Source of the DNA: Azolla caroliniana
Taxonomy: Eukaryota > Plantae > Polypodiophyta
Direction: 5' to 3'
DNA: 64,000 nucleotides
Assembly: GCA_043228905.1 (NCBI GenBank)
Contig: JBHGNT010000111.1
Span: 1 to 64,000 of the forward strand
A model generated the notes under the pieces. That model saw only the letters and a list, made by a program, of their open reading frames with translations, was not told the origin of the DNA and did not search any database. The position numbers and the translations under genes were made by a program. Every line of letters starts with the position of its first letter. Positions within the stretch are counted from its first letter, which is position 1. Positions 34,701-49,700 of this stretch are shown piece by piece.

Positions 34701-37700
34701 AAGCTAGTGTTATTAGCTTCGATTCACATCTTTGAACACAGAAATCCGATATCACACGAGCCACGTATGAACATTTTAATTTATTCACCCGCTCTTCTCA
34801 ACTGCCTCCTCAAATTTGGTAATTTCTTCATGTCTCTCGACGTGAGTTTCAACATCTTGATTTTTTGATTCTATATCATAGCTAGTGTTGTTAGCTTCCA
34901 TTCGCATGTTTGAAACTAAAATCCGATATCACACGAGCCAGTTATGAACATTTTAATTTACTCACGCGCTCTTCTCCACTACCTCCTCCAATATGCAAAT
35001 TTCATCATGTCTCTCGGCCTGAGTTTTAAAATCTTGATTTTTTAATTCGATATCATAGCTAGCGTTGTTAGCTTCGATTCGCATGTTTGAACACCAAAAT
35101 CCGATATCACACGAGCCAGGTATAAACATTTTCATTTACTCACAGGCTCTTCTCAACTCCCTCCTCAAATTTGCTAATTTCGTCATGTCTCTCGACCTAA
35201 GTTTCAAAATCTTGATGTTTTAATTCTATATCATAGCTAGCATTGTTAGCCTCGATTCGCATGTTTGAACACTAAAATCCGATATCACACGAGCCAGGTA
35301 TGAACATTTTAATCTACCCACGCACTCTTTTCAACTCCCTCCTCAAATTTGCTAATTTCGTCATGTCTCTCTACCTGAGTTTCAAAATCTAGATTTTCTC
35401 AATCCATATCATAGCTAGTGTTGTTAGCTTCGATTCGCATGTTTGAAACTAAAATCCGATATCACACGAGCCAGTTATGAATATTTTAATTTACTCACGC
35501 GCTCTTCCCAACTCCGTCCTCAAATTTGATAATTTCGTAATGTCTCTCGACCTGAGTTTCAAAATCTTGATTTTTTAATTCCATATTATAGCTAGCGTTG
35601 TTAGCCTTGATTCGCATGATTGAACACTAAAATCCGATATCACACGAGCCAGGTATGAACATTTTAATTTACTCACGGGCTCTTCTCAACTCCCTCCTCA
35701 AATTTGCTAATTTCGTCATGTCTTTCGACCTGAGTTTCAAAATCTTGATTTTTTAATTCCATATCATAGCTAGCGTTGTTACCTTCGATTCGCATGATTG
35801 AACACTAAAATCCGATATCACACGGGCTAGGTATGAAGATTTTATTTTACTCACGCGCTCTTCTCAACTCCCTCCTCAAATTTACTAATTTCGTCATGTC
35901 CCTCGACGTGAGTTTCAAAATCTTGATTTTTTTATTCTATATCATACCTAGCGTTGTTAGCCTCGATTCGCATGTTTGAACAGTAAGATCCGATATCACA
36001 CGAGAAGGTGATGAACATTTTAGTTTAGTCACGGCCTCTTCTCAACTCCCTCCTCATTTTTCCTAATTTCATCATGTCTCTCGACCTGAGTTTCAAAATC
36101 TTGATTTTTTTGTTCTATATCATAGCTAGCGCCGTTAGCTTCGATTCGCATGATTGGACACAAAAATCCGATATCACACGAGCCAAGTATGAACATTTTA
36201 ATTTACTTACGGGCTCTTCTCAACTCACTCCTCAAATTTGCTAATTTCGTCATGTCTCTCGACCTGAGTTTTAAAATCATGATTTTTTAATTCCATATCA
36301 TAGCTAGCGTTGTTAGCTTCGATTCGCATAGTTGAACACAGAAATCCCATATCACACGAGCCAGGTATGAACATTTTAAATTACTCACGCGTTCTTCTCA
36401 ACTCCCTCCTCAAATTTGCTAATTTCGTCATGTCTCTCGACCTAAGTTTCAAAATCCATATTTTCTAAATCCATATCATAGCTAGCGTTGTTAGCTTCGA
36501 TTCGCATGGTTGAACACAGAAATCCCATATCACACGAGCCAGGTATGAACATTTTAATTTACTCACACGCTCTTCTCAACTCCCTCCTCAAATTTGCTAA
36601 TTTCGTCATGTCTCCCGACCTGAGTTTCAAAATCTTGATTTTCTGAATCCATATCATAGCTAGCGTTGTTAGCTTCGATTCTCAACTCCCTCCTCAAATT
36701 TGCTAATTTCGTGGTGTCTCTCCACCTGAGTTTTAAAATCTAGATTTTCTCAATCCATATCATAGCTAGCGTTGTTAGCCTTGATTCGCATGATTGAACA
36801 CTAAAATCCGATATCACACGAGCCAGGTATGAACATTTTAATCTACCCACGCGCTCTTCTCAACTCCCTCCTCAAATTTGCTAATTTCGTCATGTCTCTC
36901 TACCTGAGTTTCAAAATCTAGATTTTCTCAATCCATATCATAGCTAGCGTTGTTAGCTTCGATTCGCATGATTGAACACAAAAATCCGATATCACACGGG
37001 CTAGGTATGAACATTTTAATTTACCCACACGCTCTTCTCAACTCCCTCCTCAAATTTGATAATTTCGTCATGTCTCTCGACCTGAGTTTCAAAATCTTGA
37101 TTTTTTTATTCTATATCATAGCTAGTGTTATTAGCTTCGATTCACATCTTTGAACACAAAAATCCGATATCACACGAGCCAGGTATGACCATTTTAATTT
37201 ATTCACCCGCTCTTCTCAACTCCCTCCTCAAATTTGGTAATTTCTTCATGTCTCTCGACGTGAGTTTCAACATCTTGATTTTTTGATTCTATATCATAGC
37301 TAGTGTTGTTAGCTTCCATTCGCATGTATGAACATTTTAATTTACTCACGTGCTCTTCCCAACTCCGTCCTCAAATTTGATAATTTCGTCATGTCTCTCG
37401 ACCTGAGTTTCAAAATCTTGATTTTTTAATTCCAGATCATAGCTAGCGTTGTTAGCCTCGATTCGCATGATTGAACACTAAAATCCGATATCACACAAGC
37501 CAGGGATGAACATTTTAATTTACTCATGGGCTCTTCTCAACTCCCTCCTCAAATTTGCTAATTTCGTCATGTATCTCCACCTGAGTTTTAAAATCTTGAT
37601 TTTTTAATTCCATATCATAGTTAGGGTTGTTAGCTTCAATCCGCATGTTTGAACACTAAAATCCGATATCACACGAGCCGGGTATAAACATTTTAATCTA

Positions 37701-40700
37701 CCCACGTGCTCTTCTCAACTCCCTCCTCAAATTTGCTAATTTCGTCATGTCTCTCGACCTGAGTTTCAAAATCCATATTGTCTAAATCCATATCATAGCT
37801 AGCGTTGTTAGCTTCGATTCGCATGGTTGAACACAAAAATCCCATATCACACGAGCCAGGTATGAACATTTTAATTTACTCACGCGCTCTTCTCAACTCC
37901 AAACTCAAATTTGCTAATTTCGTCATGTCTCTCGACCTGAGTTTCAAAATCCATATTTTCTAAATTCATATCATAGCTAACCTTGTGAGCTTCGATTCGC
38001 ATGGTTGAACACAAAAATCCCATATCACACGAGCCAGGTATGAACATTTTAATTTACTCACGCGCTATTCTCAACTCTCTCCTCAAATTTTCTAATTTCG
38101 TCATCTGTCTCGACCTGAATTTCAAAATCTTGATTTTCTAAATCCATATCATAGCTAGCGTTGTTACCTTCGATTAGCATATTTGAACACAAAAATCCAA
38201 TATCACACGAGCCAGGTATGAACATTTTCATTTACGAACGGGTTCTTCTCAACACCCTCTTGAAATTTGCTAATTTCGTCATGTCTCTCGACCTGAGTTT
38301 CAAAACCTTGATTTTTTAATTCTATATCATAGCTAGCGTTGTTAGCCTTGATTCGCATGTTTGAACACAAAAATCTGATATCACACGAGCCGGGTATGAA
38401 CATTTTCATTTCCAAACGGCCTCTTCTCAACTCCCTCCTCAAATTTTCTAATTTCGTCATGTCTCTCGACCTGAGTTTCAAAATCTTGATTTTTTAATTC
38501 CATATCATACCTAGCGTTGTTAGCCTCGATTCGCATGATTAAACACAGAAATCCGATATCACACGAGCCAGGTATGAACATTTTAATTTACTCACGGGCT
38601 TTTCTCAACTCCCTCCTCAAATTTGCTAATTTCGTCATGTCTCTCCACCTGAGTTTTATAATCTTGATTTTTTAATTCCATATCATAGTTAGAGTTGTTA
38701 GCTTCGATTCGCATGTTTGAACACTAAAATCCGATATCACACGAGCCAGGTATGAACATTTTAATTTACCCACGCGCTATTCTCCACTACCTCCTCAAAT
38801 ATACAAATTTCATCATGTCTCTCGACCTGATTTTCAAAATCCATATCATAGCTAGCGTTGTTAGCTTCGATTCACATGTTTGAACACAAAAAGCCAATAT
38901 CACACGAGCCAGGTATGAACATTTTCATTTCCAAACGGGCTCTTCTCAACACCCTCCTGAAATTTGCTAATTTCGTCATGTCTCTCGACCTGAGTTTCTA
39001 AACCATGATTTTTTAATTCTATATCATAGCTAGCGATGTTAGCCTCGATTCGCATTTTGAACACAAAAATCTGATATCACACGAGCCAGGTATGAACATT
39101 TTCATTTCCAAACGGCCTCTTCTCAACTCCCTCCTCAAATTTGCTAATTTCGTCATGTCTCTCGACCTGAGTTTCAAAATCTTGATTTTTTAATTCCATA
39201 TCATACCTAGCGTTGTTAGCCTCGATTCGCATAGTTGAACACAAAAATCCAATATCACACGAGCCAGGTATGAACATTTTCATTTGCAAACGGGCTCATC
39301 TCAACACCCTCTTGAAATTTGCTAATTTCGTCATGTCTCTCGACCTGAGTTTCAAAACCTTGATTTTTTAATTCTATATCATAGCTAGCGTTGTTAGCCT
39401 CGATTCGCATGTTTGAATACAAAAATCCGATATCACACGAGCCGGGTATGAACATTTTCATTTCCAAACGGCCTCTTCTCAACTCCCTCCTCAAATTTGC
39501 TAATTTCGTCATGTCTCTCGACCTGAGTTTCAAAATCTTGATTTTTTAATTCCATATCATACCTAGCGTTGTTAGCCTCGATACGCATTATTAAACACTG
39601 AAATCCGATATCACACGAGCCAGGTATGAACATTTTAATTTACTCACGGGCTTTTCTCAACTCCCTCCTCAAATTTGCTAATTTCGTCATGTCTCTCCAC
39701 CTGAGTTTTAAAATCTTGATTTTTTAATTCGATATCATAGTTAGGGTTGTTAGCTTCGATTCGCATGTTTGAACACTAAAATCCGATATCACACGAGCCA
39801 GGTATGAACATTTTAATTTACTCACGCGCTCTTCGCCACTACCTCCTCAAATATGCAAATTTCATCATGTCTCTCGGCCTGAGTTTTAAAATCTTGATTT
39901 TTTAATTCGATATCATAGCTAGCGTTGTTAGCTTCGATTCGCATGGTTGAACAGAGAAATCCCATATCACACGAGCCAGGTATGAACATTTTAATTTACT
40001 CACGCGCTCTTCTCAACTCCCTCCTCAAATTTGCTAATTTTGTCATGTCTCTCGACCTGAGTTTCAAAATCTTGATTTTCTGAATCCATATCATAGCTAG
40101 CGTTGTTAGCTTCGATTCTCAACTCCCTCCTCAAATTTGCTAATTTCGTGGTGTCTCTCCACCTGAGTTTTAAAATCTTGATTTTCTAATTCCATATCAT
40201 AGTTAGGGTTGTTAGCTTCGATTCACATGTTTGAACAGTAAAATCCGATATCACACGAGCCAGGTATGAACATTTTAATTTACCCACGCGCTCTTCTCCA
40301 CTACCTCCTCAAATATGCAAATTTCATCATGTCTCTGAACCTGAGTTTCAAATTCTTGATTTTTTAATTCGATATCATAGCTAGCGTTGTTAGCTTCGAT
40401 TCGCAGGTTTGAACACGAAAATCCGATATCACACGAGCCAGGTATGAACATTTTCATTTACTCACAGGCTCTTCTCAACTCCCTCCTCAAATTTGCTAAT
40501 TTCGTCCTGTCACTCGATCTGAGTTTCAAAATCTTGATTTTTTAATTCTATATCATAGCTAGCGTTGTTAGCCTCGATTCGCATGTTTGAACACTAAAAT
40601 CCGATATCACACGAGCCAGGTATGAACATTTTAATCTACCCACGCGCTCTTCTCAACTCCCTCCTCAAATTTGCTAATTTCGTCATGTCTCTCTACCTGA

Positions 40701-43700
40701 GTTTCAAAATCTCGATTTTTTCAATCCATATCATAGCTAGCGTTGTTAGCTTCGATTCGCATGATTGAACACAAAAATCCGATATCACACGAGCTAGGTA
40801 TGAACATTTTCATTTACCCACACGCTCTTCTAAACTCCCTCCTCAAATTTGATAATTTCGTCATGTCTCTCGACCTGAGTTTCAAAATCTTCATTTTTTT
40901 ATTCTATATCATAGCTAGTGTTGTTAGCTTCCATTCGCATGATTGGACACAAAAATCCGATCTCACACAAGCTAGGTATGAACATTTTCATTTCCGAACG
41001 GCCTCTTCTCAACTCCCTCCTCAAATTTGATAATTTCGTCATGTCTCTCGACCTGAGTTTTAAAATCTTGATAATTTCGTCAGCCTATATCAAAGCTAGT
41101 GTTATTAGCTTCGATTCACATCTTTGAACACAAAAATCCGATATCACACGAGCCAGGTATGAACATTTTAATTTATTCACCCGCTCTTCTCAACTCCCTC
41201 CTCAAATTTGGTAATTTCTTCATGTCTCTCGACGTGAGTTTCAACATCTTGATTTTTTGATTCTATATCATAGCTAGTGTTGTTAGCTTCCATTCGCATG
41301 TTTGAAACTAAAATCCGATATCACACGAGCCAGTTATGAACATTTTAATTTACTCACGTGCTCTTCCCAACTCCGTCCTCAAATTTGATAATTTCGTCAT
41401 GTCTCTCGACCTGAGTTTCAAAATCTTGATTTTTTAATTCCATATCATAGCTAGCGTTGTTAGCCTCGATTCGCATGATTGAACACTAAAATCCGATATC
41501 ACATAAGCCAGGGATGAACATTTTAATTTACTCACGGGCTCTTCTCAACTCCCTCCTCAAATTTGCTAATTTCGTCATGTATCTCCACCTGAGTTTTAAA
41601 ATCTTGATTTTTTAATTCCATATCATAGTTAGGGTTGTTAGCTTCAATCCGCATGTTTGAACACTAAAATCCGATATCACACGAGCCAGGTATGAACATT
41701 TTAATCTACGCACGTGCTCTTCTCAACTCCCTCCTCAAATTTGCTAATTTCGTCATGTCTCTCGACCTGAGTTTCAAAATCAATATTTTTTAAATCCATA
41801 TCATAGCTAGCGTTGTTATCTTCGATTCGCATGGTTGAACACAAAAATCACATTTCACACGAGCCAGGTATGAACATTTTAATTTACTCACGCGCTTTTC
41901 TCAACTCCCTCCTCATATTTGCTAATTTCGTCATGTCTCTCGACCTGAGTTTCAAAATCTTGATTTTCTAAATCCATATCATAGCTACCGTTGTTAGCTT
42001 TGATTCGCATGTTTGAACACAAAAATCCAATATCACTCGAGCCAGGTATGAACATTTTCATTTCCGAACGGGCTCTTCTCAACACCCTCCTCAAATTTGC
42101 TAATTTCGTCATGTCTCTCGACCTGAGTTTCAAAATCTTGATTTTTTAATTCTATATCATAGCTAGCGATGTTAGCCTCGATTCGCCTGTTTGAACACAA
42201 AAATCCTATATCACACGAGCCGGGTATGAACATTTTCATTTCCGAACGGCCTCTTCTCAACTCCCTTCTCAAATTTGCTAATTTCGTCATGTCTCTCCAC
42301 CTGAGTTTCGAAATCTTGAGTTTTTAATTCCATATCATAGTTAGGGTTGTTAGCTTCGATCTGCATGTTTGAACACTAAAATCCGATATCACACGAGCCA
42401 GGTATGAACATTTTAATCTACCCACGCGCTCTTCTCAACTCCCTCCTCAAATTTGCTAATTTCGTCATGTCTCTCCACCTGAGTTTCTTCAATCCATATC
42501 ATAGCTAGCGTTGTTAGCTTCGATTCGCATGGCTGAACACAAAAATCCGATATCACACGAACCAGGTATGAACATTTTATCTTACCCACACGCTCTTCTC
42601 AACTCCCTCCTCAAATTTGCTAAATTCGTCATGTCTCTCCACCTGAGTTTCAAAGTCTTGATTTTTTAATTCCATATCATAGTTAGGGTTGTTCGCTTCG
42701 ATCCGCATGTTTGAACACTAAAATCTGATATCACACGAGCCAGATATGAACATTTTAATCTACCCACGCGCTCTTCTCAACTCCCTCCTCAAATTTGCCA
42801 ATTTCGTCATGTCTGTCGACCTGCGTTTCAAAATTCATATTTTCTAAATCCATATCATAGCTAGCGTTATTAGCTTCGATTCGCATGTTTGAACACTAAA
42901 ATCCGATATCACACGAGCAAGGTATGAACATTTTAATTTACCCACACGCTCTTCTCAACTCCCTCCTCAAATTTGCTAATTTCGTCATGTCTCTCGACGT
43001 GAGTTTCAAAAGCTAGATTTTTTAATTCTATATCATAGCTAGCGTTGTTAGCTTCGATTCGCATGATTGAACATAAAAATCCGATATCACACGAGCTAGG
43101 GATGAACATTTTAATTTACTCACGGGCTCTTCTCAACTCCCTCCTTATTTTTGCTAATTTCATCATGTCTCTAGACCTGAGTTTCAAAATCCATATTTTC
43201 TAAATCCATATCATAGCTAGCGTTGTTAGCCTCGATTCGCATGTTTGAACACTAAAATCCGATATCACACGAGCCAGGGATGAACATTTTCATTTCCGAA
43301 CGGGCTCTTCTCAACACCCTCCTGAAATTTGCTAATTTCGTCATGTCTCTCGACCTGAGTTTCAAAACCTTGATTGTTTAATTCTATATCATAGCTAGCG
43401 ATGTTAGCCTCGATTCGCATGTTTGAACACAAAAATCCGATATCACACGAGCCGGGTATGAACAATTTCATTTCCGAACGGCCTCTTCTCAACTCCCTCC
43501 TCAAATTTGCTAATTTCGTCATGTCTCTCGACCTGAGTTTCAAAATCTTGATTTTTTAATTCCATATTATAGCTAGCGTTGTTACCTTCGATTCGCATGA
43601 TTGAACACTAAAATCCGATATCACACGAGCTAGGTATGAAGATTTTAATTTACTCATGCGCTCTTCTCAACTCCCTCCTCCAATTTACTAATTTCGTCAT

Positions 43701-46700
43701 GTCCCTCGACGTGAGTTTCAAAATCTTGATGTTTTTATTCTATATCATACCTAGCGTTGTTAGCCTCGATTCGCATGTTTGAACACTAAAATCCGATATC
43801 ACACGAGCAAGTGATGAACATTTTAGTTTAGTCACGGCCTCTTCTCAACTCCCTCCTCAAATTTGCTAATTTCGTCATGTCTCTCGACCTGAGTTTCAAA
43901 ATCTTGATTTTTTTGTTCTATATCATAGCTAGCGTCGTTAGCTTCGATTCGCATGATTGGACACAAAAATCCGATATCACACGAGCCAAGTATGAACATT
44001 TTAATTTACTCACGGGCTCTTCTCAACTCCCTCCTCAAATTTGCTAATTTCGTCATGTCTCTCGACCTGAGTTTTAAAATCATGATTTTTTAATTCCATA
44101 TCATAGCTAGCGTTTTTAGCTTCCATTAGCATGATTGAACACTAAAATCCCATATCACACGAGCGAGGTATGAACATTTTAATTTACTCACGCGCTCTTC
44201 TCAACTCCCTCCTCAAATTTGCTAATTTCGTCATGTCTCTCGACCTGAGTTTCAAAATCCATATTTTCTAAATCCATATCATAGCTAGCGTTGTTAGCTT
44301 CGATTCGCATGGTTGAACACAGAAATCCCATATCACACGAGCCAGGTATGAACATTTTAATTTACTCTTCTCAACTCCCTCCTCAAATTTGCTAATTTTG
44401 TCATGTCTCTCGACCTGAGTTTCAAAATCTTGATTTTCTGAATCCATATCATAGCTAGCGTTGTTAGCTTCGATTCTCAACTCCCTCCTCAAATTTGCTA
44501 ATTTCGTGATGTCTCTCCACCTGAGTTTTAAAATCTTCACATGTTTGAACAGTAAAATTCGATATCACACGAGCCAGGTATGAACATTTTAATTTACCCA
44601 CGCGCTGTTCTCCACTACCTCGTCAAATATGCAAATTTCATCATGTCTCTGAACCTGAGTTTCAAAATCTTGATTTTTTAATTCGATATCATAGCTAGCG
44701 TTGTTAGCTTCGATTCGCATGTTTGAACACAAAAATCCGATATCACACGAGCCAGGTATGAACATTTTCATTTACTCACAGGCTCTTCTCAACTCCCTCC
44801 TCAAATTTACTAATTTTTTCATGTCTCTCGACCTGAGTTTCAAAATCTTGATTTTTTAATTCTATATCATAGCTAGATTCGCATGTTTGAACACTAAAAT
44901 CCGATATCACACGAGCCAGGTATGAACATTTTAATCTACCCACGCGCTCTTCTCAACTCCCTCCTCAAATTTGCTAATTTCGTCATGTCTCTCTACCTGA
45001 GTTTCAAAATCTAGATTTTCTCAATCCATATCATAGCTAGCATTGTTAGCTTCGATTCGCATGATTGAACACAAAAATCCGATATCACACGGGCTAGGTA
45101 TGAACATTTTAATTTACCTACACGGTCTTCTCAACTCCCTCCTCAAATTTGATAATTTCGTCATGTCTCTCGACCTGAGTTTCAAAATCTTCATTTTTTT
45201 ATTCTATATCATAGCTAGTGTGGTTAGCTTCCATTCGCATGATTGGACACAAAAATCCAATCTCACACAAGCTAAGTATGAACATTTTCATTTCCAAACG
45301 ACCTCTTCTCAAATGCCTCCTCAAATTTGATAATTTCGTGATGTCTCTCGACCTGAGTTTTAAAATCTTGATAATTTCGTCAGCCTATATCAAAGCTAGT
45401 GTTATTAGCTTCGATTCACATCTTTGAACACAAAAATCCGATATCACACGAGCCAGGTATGAACATTTTAATTTATTCACGCGCTCTTCTCAACTCCCTC
45501 CTCAAATTTGGTAATTTCTTCATGTCTCTCGACGTGCGTTTCAACATCTTGATTTTTTGATTCTATATCATAGCTAGTGTTGTTAGCTTCCATTCGCATG
45601 TTTCAAACTAAAATCCGATATCACACGAGCCAGTTATGAACATTTTAATTTACTCACGCGCTCTTCCCAATTCCGTCCTCAAATTTAATAATTACGTCAT
45701 GTCTCTCGACCTGAGTTTCAAAATCTTGATTTCTTCATTCCATATAATAGCTAGCGTTGTTAGCCTCCATTCGCATGATTGAACATTAAAATCCAATATC
45801 ACACGAGCCAGGGATGAACATTTTAATTTACTCACCGGCTCTTCTCAACTCCCTCCTTATTTTTGTTAACTTCGTCGCTTCTCTCTACCTGAGTTTCAAA
45901 ATCTAGATTCTCTCAATCCATATCATAGCTAGCGTTGTTAGCTTCGATTCGCATGATTGAACACAAAAATCCGATATCACACGAGCCAGGTATGAACATT
46001 TTAATTTACTCACGGGCTCTTCTCAACTCCCTCCTCAAATTTGCTAACTTCGTCATGTCTCTCCACCTGAGTTTCAAAATCTTGATTTTTTAATTCCATA
46101 TCATAGTTAGGGTTGTTAGCTTCAATCCCCATGTTTGAACACTAAAATCCGATATCACACGGGCCAGGTATGAACATTTTAATCTACCCACGCGCTCTTC
46201 TCAACTCCCTCCTCAAATTTGCTAATTTCGTCATGTCTCTCTACCTGAGTTTCAAAATCTAGATTTCCTCAATCCATATCATAGCTAGCGTTGTTAGCTT
46301 CGATTTGCATGGTTGAACACAAAAATCCCATTTCACACGAGCAAGGTATGAACATTTTAATTTACCCACACGCTCTTCTTAACTCCCTCCTCAAATTTGC
46401 TAATTTCGTCATGTCTCTCGACCTGAGTTTCAAAATCTTGATTTTCTCAATCCATATCATAGCTACCGTTGCTACTTTCGATTCGCATGTTTGAACACAA
46501 AAAACGGATATCACACGAGCCAGGTATGAACATTTTAATTTACCCACACGCTCTTCTCAACACCCTCCTGAAATTTGCTAATTTCGTCATGTCTCTCGAC
46601 GAGAGTTTCAACATCTTGATTTTTTGATTCCATATCATAGCTAGCGTTGTTAGCTTCGATTCCCATGTTTGAACACAAAAATCCAATATCACACAAGCCA

Positions 46701-49700
46701 GGTATGAACATTTTCATTTCCTAACGGGCTCTTCTCAACACCCTCCTGAAATTTGCTAATTTCGTCATGTCTCTCGACCTGAGTTTCAAAACCTTGATTT
46801 TTTAATTGTATATCATAGCTGGCGTTGTTAGCCTCGATTCGCATGTTTGAACACAAAAATCCAATATCACACGAGCCAGGTATGAACATTTTCATTTCCG
46901 AACCGGCTCTTCTCAACTCCCTCCTCAAATTTGCTAATTTCGTCATGTCTTTCGACCTGAGTTTCAAAATCTTGATTTTTTAATTCCATATCATAGCTAG
47001 CGTTGTTACCTTCGATTCGCATGATTGAACACTAAAATCCGATATCACACGGGCTAGGTATGAAGATTTTAATTTACTCACGCGCTCTTCTCAACTCCCT
47101 CCTCAAATTTACTAATTTCGTCATGTCCCTTGACGTGAGTTTCAAAATCTTTATTTTTTTATTCTATACAATACCTAGCGTTGTTAGCCTCGATTCGCAT
47201 GTTTGAACATTAAGATCCGATATCACACGAGAAGGTGATGAACATTTTAGTTTAGTCACGGCCTCTTCTCAACTCCCTCCTCATTTTTCCTAATTTCATC
47301 ATGTCTCTCGTCCTGAGTTTCAAAATCTTGATTTTTTTGTTCTATATCATAGCTAGCGTCATTAGCTTCGATTCGCATGATTGGACACAAAAATCCGATA
47401 TCACACGAGCCAAGTATGAACATTTTAATTTACTCACGGGCTCTTCTCAACTCCCTCCTCAAATTTGCTAATTTCGTCATGTCTCTCGACCTCAGTTTCA
47501 AAATCCATATTTTTTAATTCCATATCATAGCTAGCGTTTTTAGCTTCCATTAGCATGATTGAACACTAAAATCCCATATCACACGAGCCAGGTATGAACA
47601 TTTTAATTTACTCACGCGCTCTTCTCAACTCCCTCCTCAAATTTGCTAATTTCGTCATGTCTCTCGACCTCAGTTTCAAAATCCATATTTTCTAAATCCA
47701 TATCATAGCTAGCGTTGTTAGCTTCGATTCGCATGGTTGAACACAGAAATACCATATCACACGAGCCAGGTATGAACATTTTAATTTACTCACGCGCTCT
47801 TCTCAACTCCCTCCTCAAATTTGCTAATTTCGTCATGTCTCTCGACCTGAGTTTCAAAATCTTGATTTTCTGAATCCATATCATAGCTAGTGTTGTTAGC
47901 TTCGATTCTCAACTCCCTCCTCAAATTTGCTAATTTCGTGGTGTCTCTCCACCTGAGTTTTAAAATCTTGATTTTTTAATTCCATATCATAGTTAGGGTT
48001 GTTAGCTTCGATTCACATGTTTGAACAGTAAAATCCGATATCACACGAGCCAGGTATGAACATTTTAATTTACCCACGCGCTCTTCTCCACTACGTCCTC
48101 AAATATGCAAATTTCATCATGTCTCTGAACCTGAGTTTCAAAATCTTGATTTTTTAAGTCGATATCATAACTAGCGTTGTTAGCCTCGATTCGCACGATT
48201 GAACACTAAAATCCGATATCACACAAGCCAGGGATGAACATTTTAATTTACTCACGGGCTCTTCTCAACTCCCTCCTCAAATTTGCTAATTTCGTCATGT
48301 ATCTCCACCTGAGTTTTAAAATCTTGATTTTTTAATTCCATATCATAGTTAGGGTTGTTAGCTTCAATCCGCATGTTTGAACACTAAAATCCGATATCAC
48401 ACGAGCCAGGTATGAACATTTTCATCTACCCACGTGCTCTTCTCAACTCCCTCCTCAAATTTGCTAATTTCGTCATGTCTCTCGACCTCAGTTTCAAAAT
48501 CAATATTTTCTAAATCCATATCATAGCTAGCGTTGTTATCTTCGATTCGCATGGTTGAACACAAAAATCCCATTTCACACGAGCCAGGTATGAACATTTT
48601 AATTTACTCACGCGCTTTTCTCAACTCCCTCCTCATATTTGCTAATTTCGTCATGTCTCTCGACCTGAGTTTCAAAATCTTGATTTTTTAATTCCATATC
48701 ATAGATAGCATTGTTAGCTTTCATTCCCATGATTGAACACTAAAATCCGATATCACACGGGCTGGGTATGAAGATTTTAATTTACTCACACGCTCTTCTC
48801 AACTCCCTCTTCAAATTTATTAATTTCGTCATGTCTCTAGACCTGAGTTTCAAAATCTTGATTTTTTTATTCCATATCATAGCTAGCGTTGTTAGCCTCG
48901 ATTCGCATGTTTGAACACTAAAATCCGATATCAGACGAGCCAGGTATGAACATTTTAATCTACCCACGTGCTCTTCTCAACTCCCTCCTCAAATTTGCTA
49001 ATTTCGTCATGTCTCTAGACCTGAGTTTGAAAATCCATATTTTCTAAATCCATATCATAGCTAGCGTTGTTAGCTTCGATTCGCATGGTTGAACAGAGAA
49101 ATCCCATATCACACGAGCCAGGTATGAACATTTTAATTTACTCACGCGCTCTTCTCAACTCCCTCCTCAAATTTGCTAATTTTGTCATGTCTCTCGACCT
49201 GAGTTTCAAAATCTTGATTTTCTGAATCCATATCATAGCTAGCGTTGTTAGCTTCGATTCTCAACTCCCTCCTCAAATTTGCTAATTTCGTGATGTCTCT
49301 CCACCTGAGTTTTAAAATCTTGATTTTTTAATTCCATATCATAGTTAGGGTTGTTAGCTTCGATTTGCATGTTTGAACACTAAAATCCGATATCACACGA
49401 GCCAGGTATGAACATTTTAATTTACCCACGCGCTCTTCTCCACTACCTCCTCAACTATGCAAATTTCATCATGTCTCTGAACCTGAGTTTCAAAATCTTG
49501 ATTTTTTAATTCGATATCATAGCTAGCGTTGTTAGCTTTGATTCGCATGTTTGAACACAAAAATCCGATATCACACGAGCCAGGTATGAACATTTTCATT
49601 TACTCACAGGCTCTTCTCAACTCCCTCCTCAAATTTATTAATATTTTCATGTCTCTCGACCTGAGTTTCAAAATCTTGATTTTTTGATTCTATATCATAG